Shown here one piece after another: positions 10,577 to 50,184 of a DNA stretch of 64,000 bases (the stretch's first letter is position 1; every line of letters begins with the position of its first letter). The notes under the pieces are model-generated. The model was not told the origin of the DNA. It worked only from the letters and a program-made list of their open reading frames with translations, and did not search any database. Source of the DNA: Ginglymostoma cirratum. Taxonomy: Eukaryota. A program made the translations under genes and the position numbers. The DNA lies in NCBI GenBank assembly GCA_024137785.1, contig JAHRHZ010000028.1, positions 29,344,087 to 29,408,086 of the forward strand. The letters run 5' to 3'.

Positions 10577-13300
10577 ATGAGTTTGCAAAATCCAATCTGC
10601 CCTTTTGTGAGATAGGTTTGATCAGACTGAAAAAAGTTGTCCTGGGGGTTCCATTTTTTCAAAAGAATATGGTTATGCTCAGCTCCAGAGTGCTGAATTT
10701 TAAAAATATTTTTGGCTTTCTGCCCTTCAACTTGGGCTGACTTGACATTTTTCCGTTTGCACCCTGTTTTGAATTATGCAACCAAAGTTTTTGTTTGCTA
10801 ATATTTAAATTGTTTCTATTGAATTTTTTTTTTGCAATCCTGCCTTGTAAATTGCATGGCGGATGATATATGATGAGTGCATCATGATTCACCTGGAGGG
10901 CAAATATGAATGGAATATAACTCAAAGTCATGGAGAGGGGAGGAAATAATGTTTGTAGGTGGTTCATCTGCTAAATTAAGTGGAGTTGCTTGCCATGCCC
11001 CAGAATCTGAATACCATCTTTGTTGTGGCATTAATTTTTTTAAGACCTCTTCTGAGTGTTAACTTAATTTATTCCTGTGAAGAGGAGTCCTTAAACAGTG
11101 TTCTGCTGATGGAAGCTCCCATTGATTAGTTTTTTTTTAAAATGGGAACTCAGTCTTTGACTGAGAACAAATATGCTTTCCTCCAAATTGTCACTGGATG
11201 AGATGATATGGTTTTGTAAGTGCAGAGAATACATAATTGGCACTGGGGGCATCTTCTCATTGCGTTTTACTAAATTTGTGCTCTTCCCCAGGCTGTGTTT
11301 AAATTTTGCATGATTGTCTGCAGAAAACAGCAACACCAGCCTCTTTTTGTGATTAAATGTCCCTTCTGTGTCATCCCACTTTGTCAATATACCTTTGTCT
11401 GTGGGAACTCTACAAACTGTAAAACAGATGCATTTTTAACAAAGGCTTAAGCATGTGTTTGTACAGAGCTAAACCACTTTTGGTATCATACTTAAGTAAA
11501 GCGCAATGAGCAGTAGATGAACATAAATATCAGCATGTAAAGCAGCATTATGCCTCTTATGCATAACATTCCCAAAATGGGCATTCTGATCAAATTGGCG
11601 TATTTTTGTTCTCTATGCTCCTGCCCAGCCCTCAAGCTGGTGGTAGAGCTAGGTGAAGCTCTGTGACAGAGGTATTCTTCTGGGAACCCTACTACAAGCA
11701 TGGTCTATTTTCAGATTGTCAAGTAATTAACCAGATGTTGCATCTTTTGTAAATACATCTTGTATTCAGATGGAGACCAAGCCCACTGACTTCAACATTT
11801 GCAGTTATCCCCAAAATTCCATCCCCCAAGGTCCCCCATTGTGCAACCATTTCTGAGATGTTTCAGTGTCGTGAGGTGCTGTGAAAATGCAACACTTTAT
11901 TTTGTTGCTTTGGGTCCATGTTAGAGACCTGTCATTTCTATGCCCTGTGCATCCCGGCAGTTGTTCTGACTGATCAGCTTTCAGCATTCAAATCACACTT
12001 TAACTAAATCAGTTCCAGAGTTGAAGCTTTTTTTTAAGTTTCCGTTTGTTCTCTTCAATGGATACAGCTGCAGAATTCTTAACCCATTCATTTGACACAA
12101 CCTAACTGAACCCCTCCTTTTAGACTCAGTTCATCTGAATTTGAATCCCAGCTTGGAGTCATGGTCAAGGTGCTCTTTCTGAACGCAATGGTAGCAACTC
12201 CTAATTTTTAGCTGTAATTTTGCTATGTTTGAAAACTAACTGGTTGCAGCTAACTTCTGGGCATTCGCTCTGAAATATTGAACCTTCCTGATTTTAAAGC
12301 TGCAGTATCTCCTTTTGCACATAATGTGTTCCTCTGTCTAGTGATCTGTTGATGTTGATCATGAGCTATGGTCACTCAGGAGAATATTTGATCCTATTAT
12401 CAAGTGGGTGAGTTGTGCTTCAAGCACCCAGTTTCCTGCAGAAATGGTGCTTTGCGCAGAAACTTGTAGTGTCTTCACTTGAAGAAAAAGCTGCAGTGAC
12501 TTCTCATAAGTCCAACTTCTGCATGCTGATGGCTATGTTGGGTGTTATGAATAATCCTCTCTGGGTAAACTGTAAGATCTAACTTGCTGCAAAATATTCT
12601 TCCTCTGGGTACTGAATCCCATCAGGATACATAGTGTCCATTTTGATTCACTTGCATTAGCTGGCACTGCTTGAGCTTACCAACCTTTGATCACGTTCAG
12701 AGGAGTTGTTCAGGCAGGAGCAGTAAATAACCCTACTGCAGGGCGTGTTAAGAAAAGTCTGTTTGCAAATGGGGATACTCCAGTGAAAAGGTGTTTTTTA
12801 TTGATGGAGGTTTGGGTGTCAAAGCATGCAGGGAATGCTGCTTACAAATTTGGGGAGGTTGTTTGTGCTTTTCTTCAATAGGTGCAGCTGTCCTGGAGAA
12901 GCAGAATCGGAACCCGCGTGTGTGTTTTTTTATTAATTAAATTAGCCATTTTCACCACAAAACAAATCCATAATCCAAGGCCAACCAAGGCTGCGGAATT
13001 TCGTGGAAGATTATAGAAAAAAAAGTAGGATGTTTCCCATCTGCTGTAAATGTAGCCGATGCCTGGCTACGTGATTATGAACTTTATCGGAGGAGTTGAT
13101 TTTTTAATCCCTGGCTTCCTGCAGTTCAACAGAGAAGAAGAAGGACTCATGCTAACATCTTCAAGTAGAGTATTTCTAAGGCACTTTGTGCATGCAGATC
13201 CCAAATATTTCTATGCAGTGTGTGAAGATGGAGGTGATGCTGAGCCATTTATAACTGATGGATTGAGTGTTGGTTGGCCTGCAGGGTCACGTTGACTGGA
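10577..13300 (+). pseudogene. ZBED6: Degenerate ZBED6-like hAT transposase remnant in ZC3H11A intron 1
   Basis: Colinear motifs versus human ZBED6 (recalled): LPCPR..SLLWH*FF (10990-11040; LPSTRAKTSIVWHFF), TKSVPEL (12003-12023; TKAVPQL), QAPSFLQ (12421; HVPCFLH), RKSCSDFS (12483; RKTCHHFS), WVNCK (12562; WKNLK), WVL..HSVHFDSLALAG (12606-12665; WLL..YSVHHSLGRASG), KSRMFP/SAVNVAD (13021-13060; KSFMFPSAVAVVD), FIGGVDFLI (13083-13109; FSGGDDPLI). Same intron and strand as mammalian ZBED6. Confidence 0.7.
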
Positions 13301-14199
13301 TGTCTGAAGAAACCCAACCATATTGCTGACCATTCAAAGGTACATCTACTGTTCTTTCCGATAGGGTAACTTTCCTCCATTAGTGTAGTATTAGTTTACA
13401 GTAAACACATACTGACTTTCGTATTCATGCAAGTGTGGATTAAAAGATAACCTGCTTGCATTCCTCTTCAAATTAATTTTCACGTAATCTGGTCCAAGAA
13501 CTAACATACATATAGCCATTGCAGTTATAGGTTGAGTTGGAGATTGAGACCAATTCACATTGGGTCCTTGGAACTAATATATTTATTACCTTTGTATTTT
13601 GAGGCACTTCACCATCACATTTGAAATGCTGCCTGTAAAATATCTGTTACCTGTACACTGACTGTGTCCTTTGATATTGATATGGTTAGTGCAATTTTCT
13701 TTACTTTGCCCTCCTAATTTATTCTACAGTATGTCATAGATTAATAGCATATTGCTAATATGAAGCCTTTCATTGTAAACCACCACTTTAAGTTACTTTG
13801 TCTATAGCAGCTCTAGGCCATGAATCCTCAGTTGGGTTTTGTCCAAGAGTATTTATAAGAATACGGGGATTTTGATTGTCACTTTTCTCACACAATGATG
13901 TTTTTTAAAGCCTTTTTTTCAACAAAAGAATATAATGGATGAAAACTGTCATGTTGATTTGTATCTGATGGGTGAACTCTATATTGTAACTACAGCATGC
14001 TACCCCTTGTGTAAATCACTCATTTTGCAATCTTGTTTTTCTTTTGGTTTAGATAAACGGTGAAGAAGGTTCCAGAAGATTAGCATCCTGTCGTCTCGCC
14101 GATACAGATAATCTTATATTGCAACTGAACAGATAAGAGTGTGGACAAAGTAACAGTGAAATCTTTTGTTTGTTTGGAAGGAGCTGTTATAATCCAGCC

Positions 14200-33909
<19,710 letters not shown>

Positions 33910-36668
33910 AAAACTTAAACTTTGTTCGGACCTGCTCAAACAGATTCAAACTCTGCCTCTGGAATAAGCAGACATTAACCATGGACCTACGTTTTGTATG
34001 CAGTGGGGCTGTGTAATTTATAAAGCTGTAAACAAAGCTATGATTACGTACCGTGTACAGTTGGAAACCATATCTGTTGTAAGCACGTGCTGGTTTTATG
34101 ACCAGCTTAATTCATTGATTATGACCTTATGACACTGACCACCTCCCAAAAAAAAAAGCAGGCAAAAGGTGGTGTGATATTAACCTGCCTTCAGGTTTAC
34201 ACAGTTTGAAGAAAACCCAGTGATGAGGCTTATTAGCAGCTTAAGTTGTTTTTCAGTCAGCAATGTTGAAAGAGCCTTGCCCATATCTTGATGTTCAGCA
34301 CTAATAGATGTGTGCATTCTTTCCTTTGTAATGGGTTCATCCTTAGGCTTGGCTCATTGGCCTTTCCTTACCTCATCTGCCATCAGAAATGGGGACGCAT
34401 AAGGTTAATTCTCTGGGGATTTCATTTATGTGTGGAGCTGTTCCTAACCTAAAGCTAAGTGAAATTATTTGGAGCAGCCTAGTTTATTTTTTTTAAAGTA
34501 AAAACTTTTAGATTGTACATGCAGGCTTACAATTAAGAGTCCTGATAGTGTATGCTTTAGAAAAATGATTACAAATTATTCCACCTGATGAGAGAAATTA
34601 GGATTTCAGGACTCCTAAGCGTATTTTAAAGTGGGAGAAACTTAGGTCTGCGTCAAGAATGTTGTTGTAAACTGTCCTGTCTGATACGGTTCTTGAATGT
34701 TACTGGGACTATTATGATGTTACATTAATAGTTTGAGAAACATGTGTTTTTAGTTCCCAGAGGGTTCCGACTTGTATCTGGACAGTTAATTTGTCACTTT
34801 TGCAAAAAAAATGGTGTTTACCTCTTAATATATTGTTTTGTGTCTCTTTTCCCTCTGCCACCTGTTTACAGCCCATTGTGAATCTGTCATTATTGTCTCA
34901 AGTTCACCTTGTACCACCCCACATGCTTGGGGTCAAGTTGGAAGGGGCTCTGAACTGAATGTGTGGGTATTTGTAGAGAGAACTTGGTATTTGCAGACCA
35001 TTCTGATCTCTGTCCATGGACGTATGTAGCTACTTTGTATGATTTGTTGTATTCACATCCTGACTGTAGTATAACAGCAAGTGGAAGAAAGTGTGGTTAC
35101 TCTGAAATTTTCTTACAGCAACAGCCAGCATACAGGAGATGTTAGGATGATATTGGTATTTACTTGAGGTGTAGTCTTCTGAATACAATCAGTGTTTTGG
35201 TTTGGGAAGGTGGCATAGTCTTTCTTTAACAAAAAATTGAAACTGTTTGCTGCAAGTTCAGTTGCTAGGCTGAATTTTGAAGAGGATTAAACTCATTGGG
35301 ATGTTCTACTTGGTATGCAAAGCTGGAAGATTTGGGGTCTGTAACTTCAACACTTTTGAAGGATATGACCAGAGATTTCTCAAGGATGTAGTAAAGCTAT
35401 CAATAAATAATCCAACAGTGTCTAAGAATCTAAACGTCTATATTGTAACACTAGGGTTGGCCAGACTATCTGCTGTTTCCAGGACAGTGTTGAAAGATAA
35501 GTACCCTAAGGACTCCTTAATGCACAGTCTTGTTGTGCTGAAGTTAGTATTGTTTATCCGTAAAGCCTGCTGTATGCCAATTGTTCATATTGTATTAAGG
35601 GCACGGCCAAGCTTTTGATTTTCTGGTCACTACATGATGGGCTGAAAGAACTGAAGAAAATCTGCCCCAACAGGATGTATGCTTATGAACTTCGGAGATT
35701 TGCAAGGAGCAGAGCCAGTTACTTCACTGGTACAGGCGTGTTAATATTAAAGCATATCCACCTTGTGTAGAGCTTTGTTGTCAGAGGTGAGGGAAGACAA
35801 ATCGGTTCACTCCAAGGTAAATGTGTAGTGCCTTAGTTTTAACTATTTGCTTTCTGCTCGGCAGAAGTAACTTAATTTCTAACGTGTGACTAATTAATAG
35901 TTTCTGCCCCCACTCCCAATCAAAGCAGCAAATTACAAGTAAGCAACGAAAACACTGCAGCTCCGATCTTTGTGCTCCAGAAATAATTCTGAAACTATTC
36001 AAAAGGCAGCAGGAACTGCACTGTAGAAATCAGCGCTGACATGGTCCTGAACTGGAAAGAAACAGAAGACCAGAATGAAAGCGCCAGTGCTGCAGTCTTA
36101 AACTCCAGTCGCTAGTTGGTTGTTTTGAATCAAAGTAGACATAGATGCTGGAACTACGAGAAATAAATGAATTAGTTGTGATCATGGAGACCACCTTTTT
36201 TTTTTCATTTGCTACTTATTTGTATCTTTAAGTTGATGGACGCCACTCCTGCCTAACTGGCTGATGAGAAAACACATTTTTAAAACAATTGAAAACCCTA
36301 CACATTGTATATGCACACGATGCAGTGAAGTAAAACACAAATGCAACTTCACGTTCCAGAGCAGTTGCTATCCTGTAAAATACCAGAGGTGCTTCTTCAA
36401 AGCAACCTGTCAATATTCTGCAGAGGCAATGCTAGCTTTCTTTATGAAACATTGTAAAATATTTTTGTTCAATTATGGTCTGCATTTAGGTTGACTAATA
36501 GAATTTGTGTGTTTTAGGATCTAAAGCAGATGGTCTGTTTCTAATATTTCTGTACTTGTGTCCTCTGACTTGTGTACTTTTTCTTCTCATTGTTCAGATG
36601 TGCATCCATGTTGCTGGGTGATTTTATTTATGACTGTGCAGACACTGAATATATAACATTTTCTTTGT

Positions 36669-36674
36669 AATAAA
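36669..36674 (+). terminator. Probable ZC3H11A polyadenylation signal (3' UTR about 33910-36690)
   Basis: AATAAA with several upstream TGTA elements and a downstream GT-rich 'gttgtgt'. Repeats resume shortly after. Confidence 0.55.
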
Positions 36675-37939
36675 AGGACTATATTGTTCACGTTGTGTAA
36701 TTTGCTCTGAATATCATGGATCCTTGGAAAAGTCTAGGAATGCGTCACGTGAATATCAGCGCACATTAGAACAGGTTATTGCTTTTGTTAACTGACCACA
36801 TCACATGGATAATTCGACAGTACTTGAAAACCAGTGGCTTAGTGTAGACTACCCAATGAGGAGAAATGAAATCAAGTTTTGAGTTTATCTCATTGCTGGC
36901 CTCTTTCCCCTTTTCCTCATTTTAGGTGTCTGAATATAGGTTATTTTGCCTTTTGTGCCTGCACTGTCACTGTAGAATTGAGACTGAATGAGCTTAAGTT
37001 TTGTGTTCCCATCCTATTTCCATATCCCTCAATTCCCTTGAAGACCAATTCTGTTTTGAGCACAATCTCTCATATTTTGAATGTGTTTCACCTGATGTTC
37101 AAGGTAGAAATCTTTTACTAACCCTCTTTGATTTTCTCCTTCTAAAACACGCCTTAAAATCAAACTTTAAGACCAAGTTGTTGGTCAGATGTGTTAATGT
37201 CTCCTTAAGGTAACTGTAACATTTTGTATAATACAAGGTAAAGTCACCATAGTTTGGCTAGACCATAGGGCTCTTCTCTCATTCGAGAATTGACTAGTAG
37301 TGATTTAATCTGAGGTTACCATGCCTTAGGTTGGGAGAGAGGCTGAAAAGGAAAGTTCTTTGTTGTAACCTTGATAGGTGCAGGAATTGAACATCACAGA
37401 CTGGCTATCCAGCCCACTGAGCTAACTGACCCCTCTATATAATTTAAATACTAAAAAAATATTCGAAGCCAAACTGGATGATCAGGGAACAAGTGGTCCC
37501 TAGCTACTTGAATACAAAGTTGATTAAGGCAGTCAGTGATCAAAAGCAAAATGCCACAGATACTGGAAATTTAAAACAAAAGAAACAAAACGCTGGAAAT
37601 AGGAAACAGGTTAGACTATTACAGAGAAAAGGCAGACAAGTGGGGTTGAGGATTATCAGATCATCCATGATCGCACTAAATGGCAGAACAGACTGATGGG
37701 TTGAATGGCATCTAAGAAGTGAAACAGTTGCCTTTCAGGTTTAGGACAATCGGAACTGAGGAAGAAAAGCAATGGGGTAGATGTGCAAAACCTATTGCCA
37801 GCTTTCCTCACTTCTAATGAAAGGTCAACCTGATAGCTCTGCTTCATTGCATGGTTGGTGCTTGATCAGCTGTGAAGAAATTTTCTGTTCTTAGATCTGA
37901 GTAATAGTAAACAGTAATTTGTCTGAAACATACGATGTC

Positions 37940-38710
37940 ATTTCCCAGTGGTTGACTTTAGGACTACTGCTCTTCTTGATACATTAATGAAATGGATTCA
38001 TATGGCAACTTCTGAGTCTGTAGATGACACAAATTTGAGAAAGGTCGTAAACAAGCTTAAGGAGGACACGGACTGGCAAAATGGGCAGGTGTATGGTGAA
38101 TGATATTTAACACATGAAGGTGAATTATTACATTTTGGTCAAAAGAAATATAAATTAAAGGCCAATTCAGGAACAGAAATTTGGGCTATCCATACATGTC
38201 TTTGAAAATAAAAAGCAGAGAAAGCTATTAAAAAGACATGGAATTCTTTGCTTTTTGAAAAGGTCTTCTGCTCACAAACAAGGGTATTTTTTTTTAAAGA
38301 AAGCCTTTAATGAAATGCTGGTGCAGGCCCAGCTGGAGTATCGAGTCTGATTCTGTGGGCCACACTATAGGAAGGATATCAAGGCTTTAAGTGCAGTGGA
38401 TCTTAATTTGTTTGGTACCGGGGATGGAGAAATTAAACAAAATGTGGATTCAGTAAAGTTGTTTATAACACCATGAAATATTTTGCTAGAATAAATAAGG
38501 AAATGTTATTTTCAGTAGGGGGGACGTTTGATAACAGATCTAAAGTAACTGGTGAAAGAATCAGTAGTGACGGAAGGAGAAAATTTTAAAATACTGTGAT
38601 TTATGTTCTATAATACACTATCTGAAAGGGTAAAGAAAGCAGGCACACTACGAACTTTCAAAAGAGAACTGGATATATGTGGGAAAGAGTAGAGGGATAG
38701 GATTAACTGA
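37940..38710 (+). mobile_element. Old CR1-type LINE 3' remnant
   Basis: Degenerate 'cccagtggtt..ttaggactactgctcttcttgatatacattaatga', 'gatgacacaaa', 'ccagctggagta', 'ccacactataggaaggat'. Confidence 0.55.
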
Positions 38711-40667
38711 ATAGCTTCCAACAACCTGAACATCTACCTCATTGAACCTGACTAGCCCCTCCAGTTGCAGGGCATGCAGATTCACATTGGACTGCTAAGT
38801 CACCTCAGGATGCACAACTCATAGCTGGAATAGCCCGCTGGAAATCGAGCCCTGCTGAAAGTTAAAAATTTTAACAAAAGTCACAAAGTTTCCAATTTTC
38901 CTGTCTGAACAACTCATTGACAGAAAACATGAGCCAAACTCTGTACATAATGGGCTACTATTTGTTAGAATTGAATAGTTGTTTACCTGTGGACAGAATC
39001 AATGATAAGCTGACATATAACTCTACTAACCAGTTTAATAAACACCTCCTGCATACACGTACATGCAAACAAAAAAGACAGGTCTGGATGAAAGGGTATT
39101 GAATATTGGTGAAACAGTTCAAGGGCACCAGTCTTCAGGACTCGATGGAGGAGTTCATTTTGTTTCCCAAGTCCTTTAGTTCTCTGATCTTATCCTTTAG
39201 GTTTTTCATCCCTTTACAGAAGGCACGGAGTGACTGATTCACAATTAAAAGGTATTTGCTTTATTGGTTAAAAGCAATAGCTTACAGCAACTAACGAAAT
39301 AAAGAAAAGTGGCTTTCCTTAGCTTCAGGTATTTTACCGGAGAGAAACGCACCACCTCCTCTTCCAGAGGTCGAACGGTTTCTTTCTACATTGCTCAATG
39401 TAGAACTCAACCACAAATTGACCGGCAATCCATAAACCAATCTGATAGTTGTCAGGTTAATGATATTTGGCATCCATAACTGGTCACAATTCCACAAACC
39501 AATCAGTTACTTGTTGCTGGCCAAAATCTTTGTACATGTGCCCTTGTGCCATGCTATCTATTGACATCCTCCTTGACTGCTTGCAAAGCAACAATGTATC
39601 CATGACTTAAGACAGGTTCAGTAACTTGCTTTTAAAAGTACAGCAGTTTCTTCCTCAGTTATTTGATGTAAAATAGTTCCACAATAAATCAATCCACAAT
39701 CAAATATAATGTAACCTAAAAAGATACATCTCTTACATTACAAGAGTAGAAAGAAATCATCCTTGGTCTCAAGGGTCTGGTTAAGAGGAAGTTTCTGCTT
39801 TCTGAACAGTCAGGTTGGATTCCAGTCTTTAGTCTGCTTTCTTATCACAGATGCTGTCCTACCTGCTTATTTTCTCCAACACTTTTTGTTGCGTGAACAG
39901 CAGACCAAAATTGCAATGATGTCACAAAATTACACATTACTGAATGTAAATAGTACATTGAGGGCATGGTTAGAACACAATGTATTACACCTCATTATAC
40001 TACACTAGATTAGAGCTTTAGAGTCTTGAAAGCACATGGACATGGACACAAAAAGATTAGTCCTTACCTAACATAATAAGTCAGAGCCTTATTTATCTAT
40101 GATTAGCATATACAGCAGTATTTAACATATAATGAACATGGAAATAGAGAAAACGGCACAAAAGGCCATTGGGTTCTTTGAGCCTGCTCTGGCTTTCAGT
40201 ATGATCATGGTTGATCAATAGTGTTGATCTGAAGTCTAAGTCTCAACATAGTCCTTGGCGTTGCCTTGTCTTCAATCAGTCTGTGAAGAATACAGCATTA
40301 ATGGTGTGGCATCAAACCACACAACAAGGAAGTGCTGCTGATAAAACAAGACACATTCTGTCAAAAGCTTTCCTCTTGCACTTATTGAGAAGAAACGCTA
40401 ACTCCATGGGAAAACCGACATTTATCTGTTTGGGAGGAGGGTGCTGCAGGATGGATATGTTGGCAAAGAACTCAATGCATCAAATAATGATCAGTGACAG
40501 TTAACTGCGAGCCATGGTTTAAATTTAAAACCAGATAGGTTGAAAGAATAAATATCTCGTGTTGGTTCAGTTTCCCCACCTCCACTAAAACACAGAAAAG
40601 TTGTGATAAGGTTGTTAATGTTCTTGTTGCTGAGAAGGTTTCCCAGAACCAATGTCTCTTGGCACAG

Positions 40668-41231
40668 AGATAGTAGGAACTGCAGATGCTGGAGAATCTG
40701 AGAAATAAGGTGTAGAGCTGGATGAACACAGCAGGCCCAGCAGCATCAGAGGAGCAGGAAGGCTGATGTTTCCNNNNNNNNNNNNNNNNNNNNNNNNNNN
40801 NNNNNNNNNNNNNNNNNNNNNNNNNNNNNNNNNNNNNNNNNNNNNNNNNNNNNNNNNNNNNNNNNNNNNNNNNNNNNNNNNNNNNNNNNNNNNNNNNNNN
40901 NNNNNNNNNNNNNNNNNNNNNNNNNNNNNNNNNNNNNNNNNNNNNNNNNNNNNNNNNNNNNNNNNNNNNNNNNNNNNNNNNNNNNNNNNNNNNNNNNNNN
41001 NNNNNNNNNNNNNNNNNNNNNNNNNNNNNNNNNNNNNNNNNNNNNNNNNNNNNNNNNNNNNNNNNNNNNNNNNNNNNNNNNNNNNNNNNNNNNNNNNNNN
41101 NNNNNNNNNNNNNNNNNNNNNNNNNNNNNNNNNNNNNNNNNNNNNNNNNNNNNNNNNNNNNNNNNNNNNNNNNTCCAGCTCCTCTGATGCTGCTGGGCCT
41201 GCTGTGTTCATCCAGCTCTACACCTTGTTAC
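40668..41231. mobile_element. Fold-back Penelope-derived insertion spanning a gap, directly upstream of the SNRPE promoter
   Basis: Inverted termini; imperfect TSD ctcttggc(a/g)cag at 40656-40667 and 41232-41243. Confidence 0.7.
40774..41173. other. Gap (400 N)
   Basis: Run of N. Confidence 0.99.
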
Positions 41232-41258
41232 CTCTTGGCGCAGCTGCTCTCCGTATCA

Positions 41259-41359
41259 GGCCCCGCGTCCTCGTTACCATACCAGCGGGGCCCCGCCTCC
41301 TCGTTACCATACCAGCGGGGCCCCGCCTCCTCGTTACCATACCAGCGGGGCCCCGCCTC
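41259..41359 (+). repeat. 30-bp tandem repeat x3.4 in the SNRPE promoter
   Basis: Unit ggccccgcctcctcgttaccataccagcgg at 41259, 41289, 41319 and partial at 41349. Confidence 0.93.
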
Positions 41360-41430
41360 TTTCCGCGCGCACTGCGCGGCGCAGGGGGAGGTCGGAGGTC
41401 ACGGCGCGTGGAGCGGGAGCCGCCATTTTG
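41357..41430 (+). promoter_or_regulatory. SNRPE core promoter: TCT-like initiator CTCTTTCC (41357-41364) and YY1 site GCCGCCATTTTG (41419-41430)
   Basis: Motif matches in CpG-rich sequence 65-140 nt upstream of the ATG. Confidence 0.55.
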
Positions 41431-41494
41431 TCTTCATTTTCTTTTTGTTTGTTTTCTCTCTTGTTGAGGCGGTCGCCGGGTCGGAGCCGAAGTC

Positions 41495-50037
<8,543 letters not shown>

Positions 50038-50178
50038 AAATGGATTCACAGGAGCTTCATTACCTACTTTCTATGGAAAACATTAACACAAGCTGTTTGA
50101 TAGCATTTCGGATACCGTTCATTAACTGCAGAACCAGGGCTTAAAAGTTTTTTTGTATCTCACTACAGTAATTTCTGG

Positions 50179-50184
50179 AATAAA
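50179..50184 (+). terminator. SNRPE polyadenylation signal
   Basis: AATAAA 141 nt after the stop, with upstream TGTA. Confidence 0.7.

Noticed and set aside
10577-13300. Intact ZBED6 protein-coding gene
   Set aside because: No long ORF; many stops and frameshifts; BED Cys/His ligands not clearly retained.
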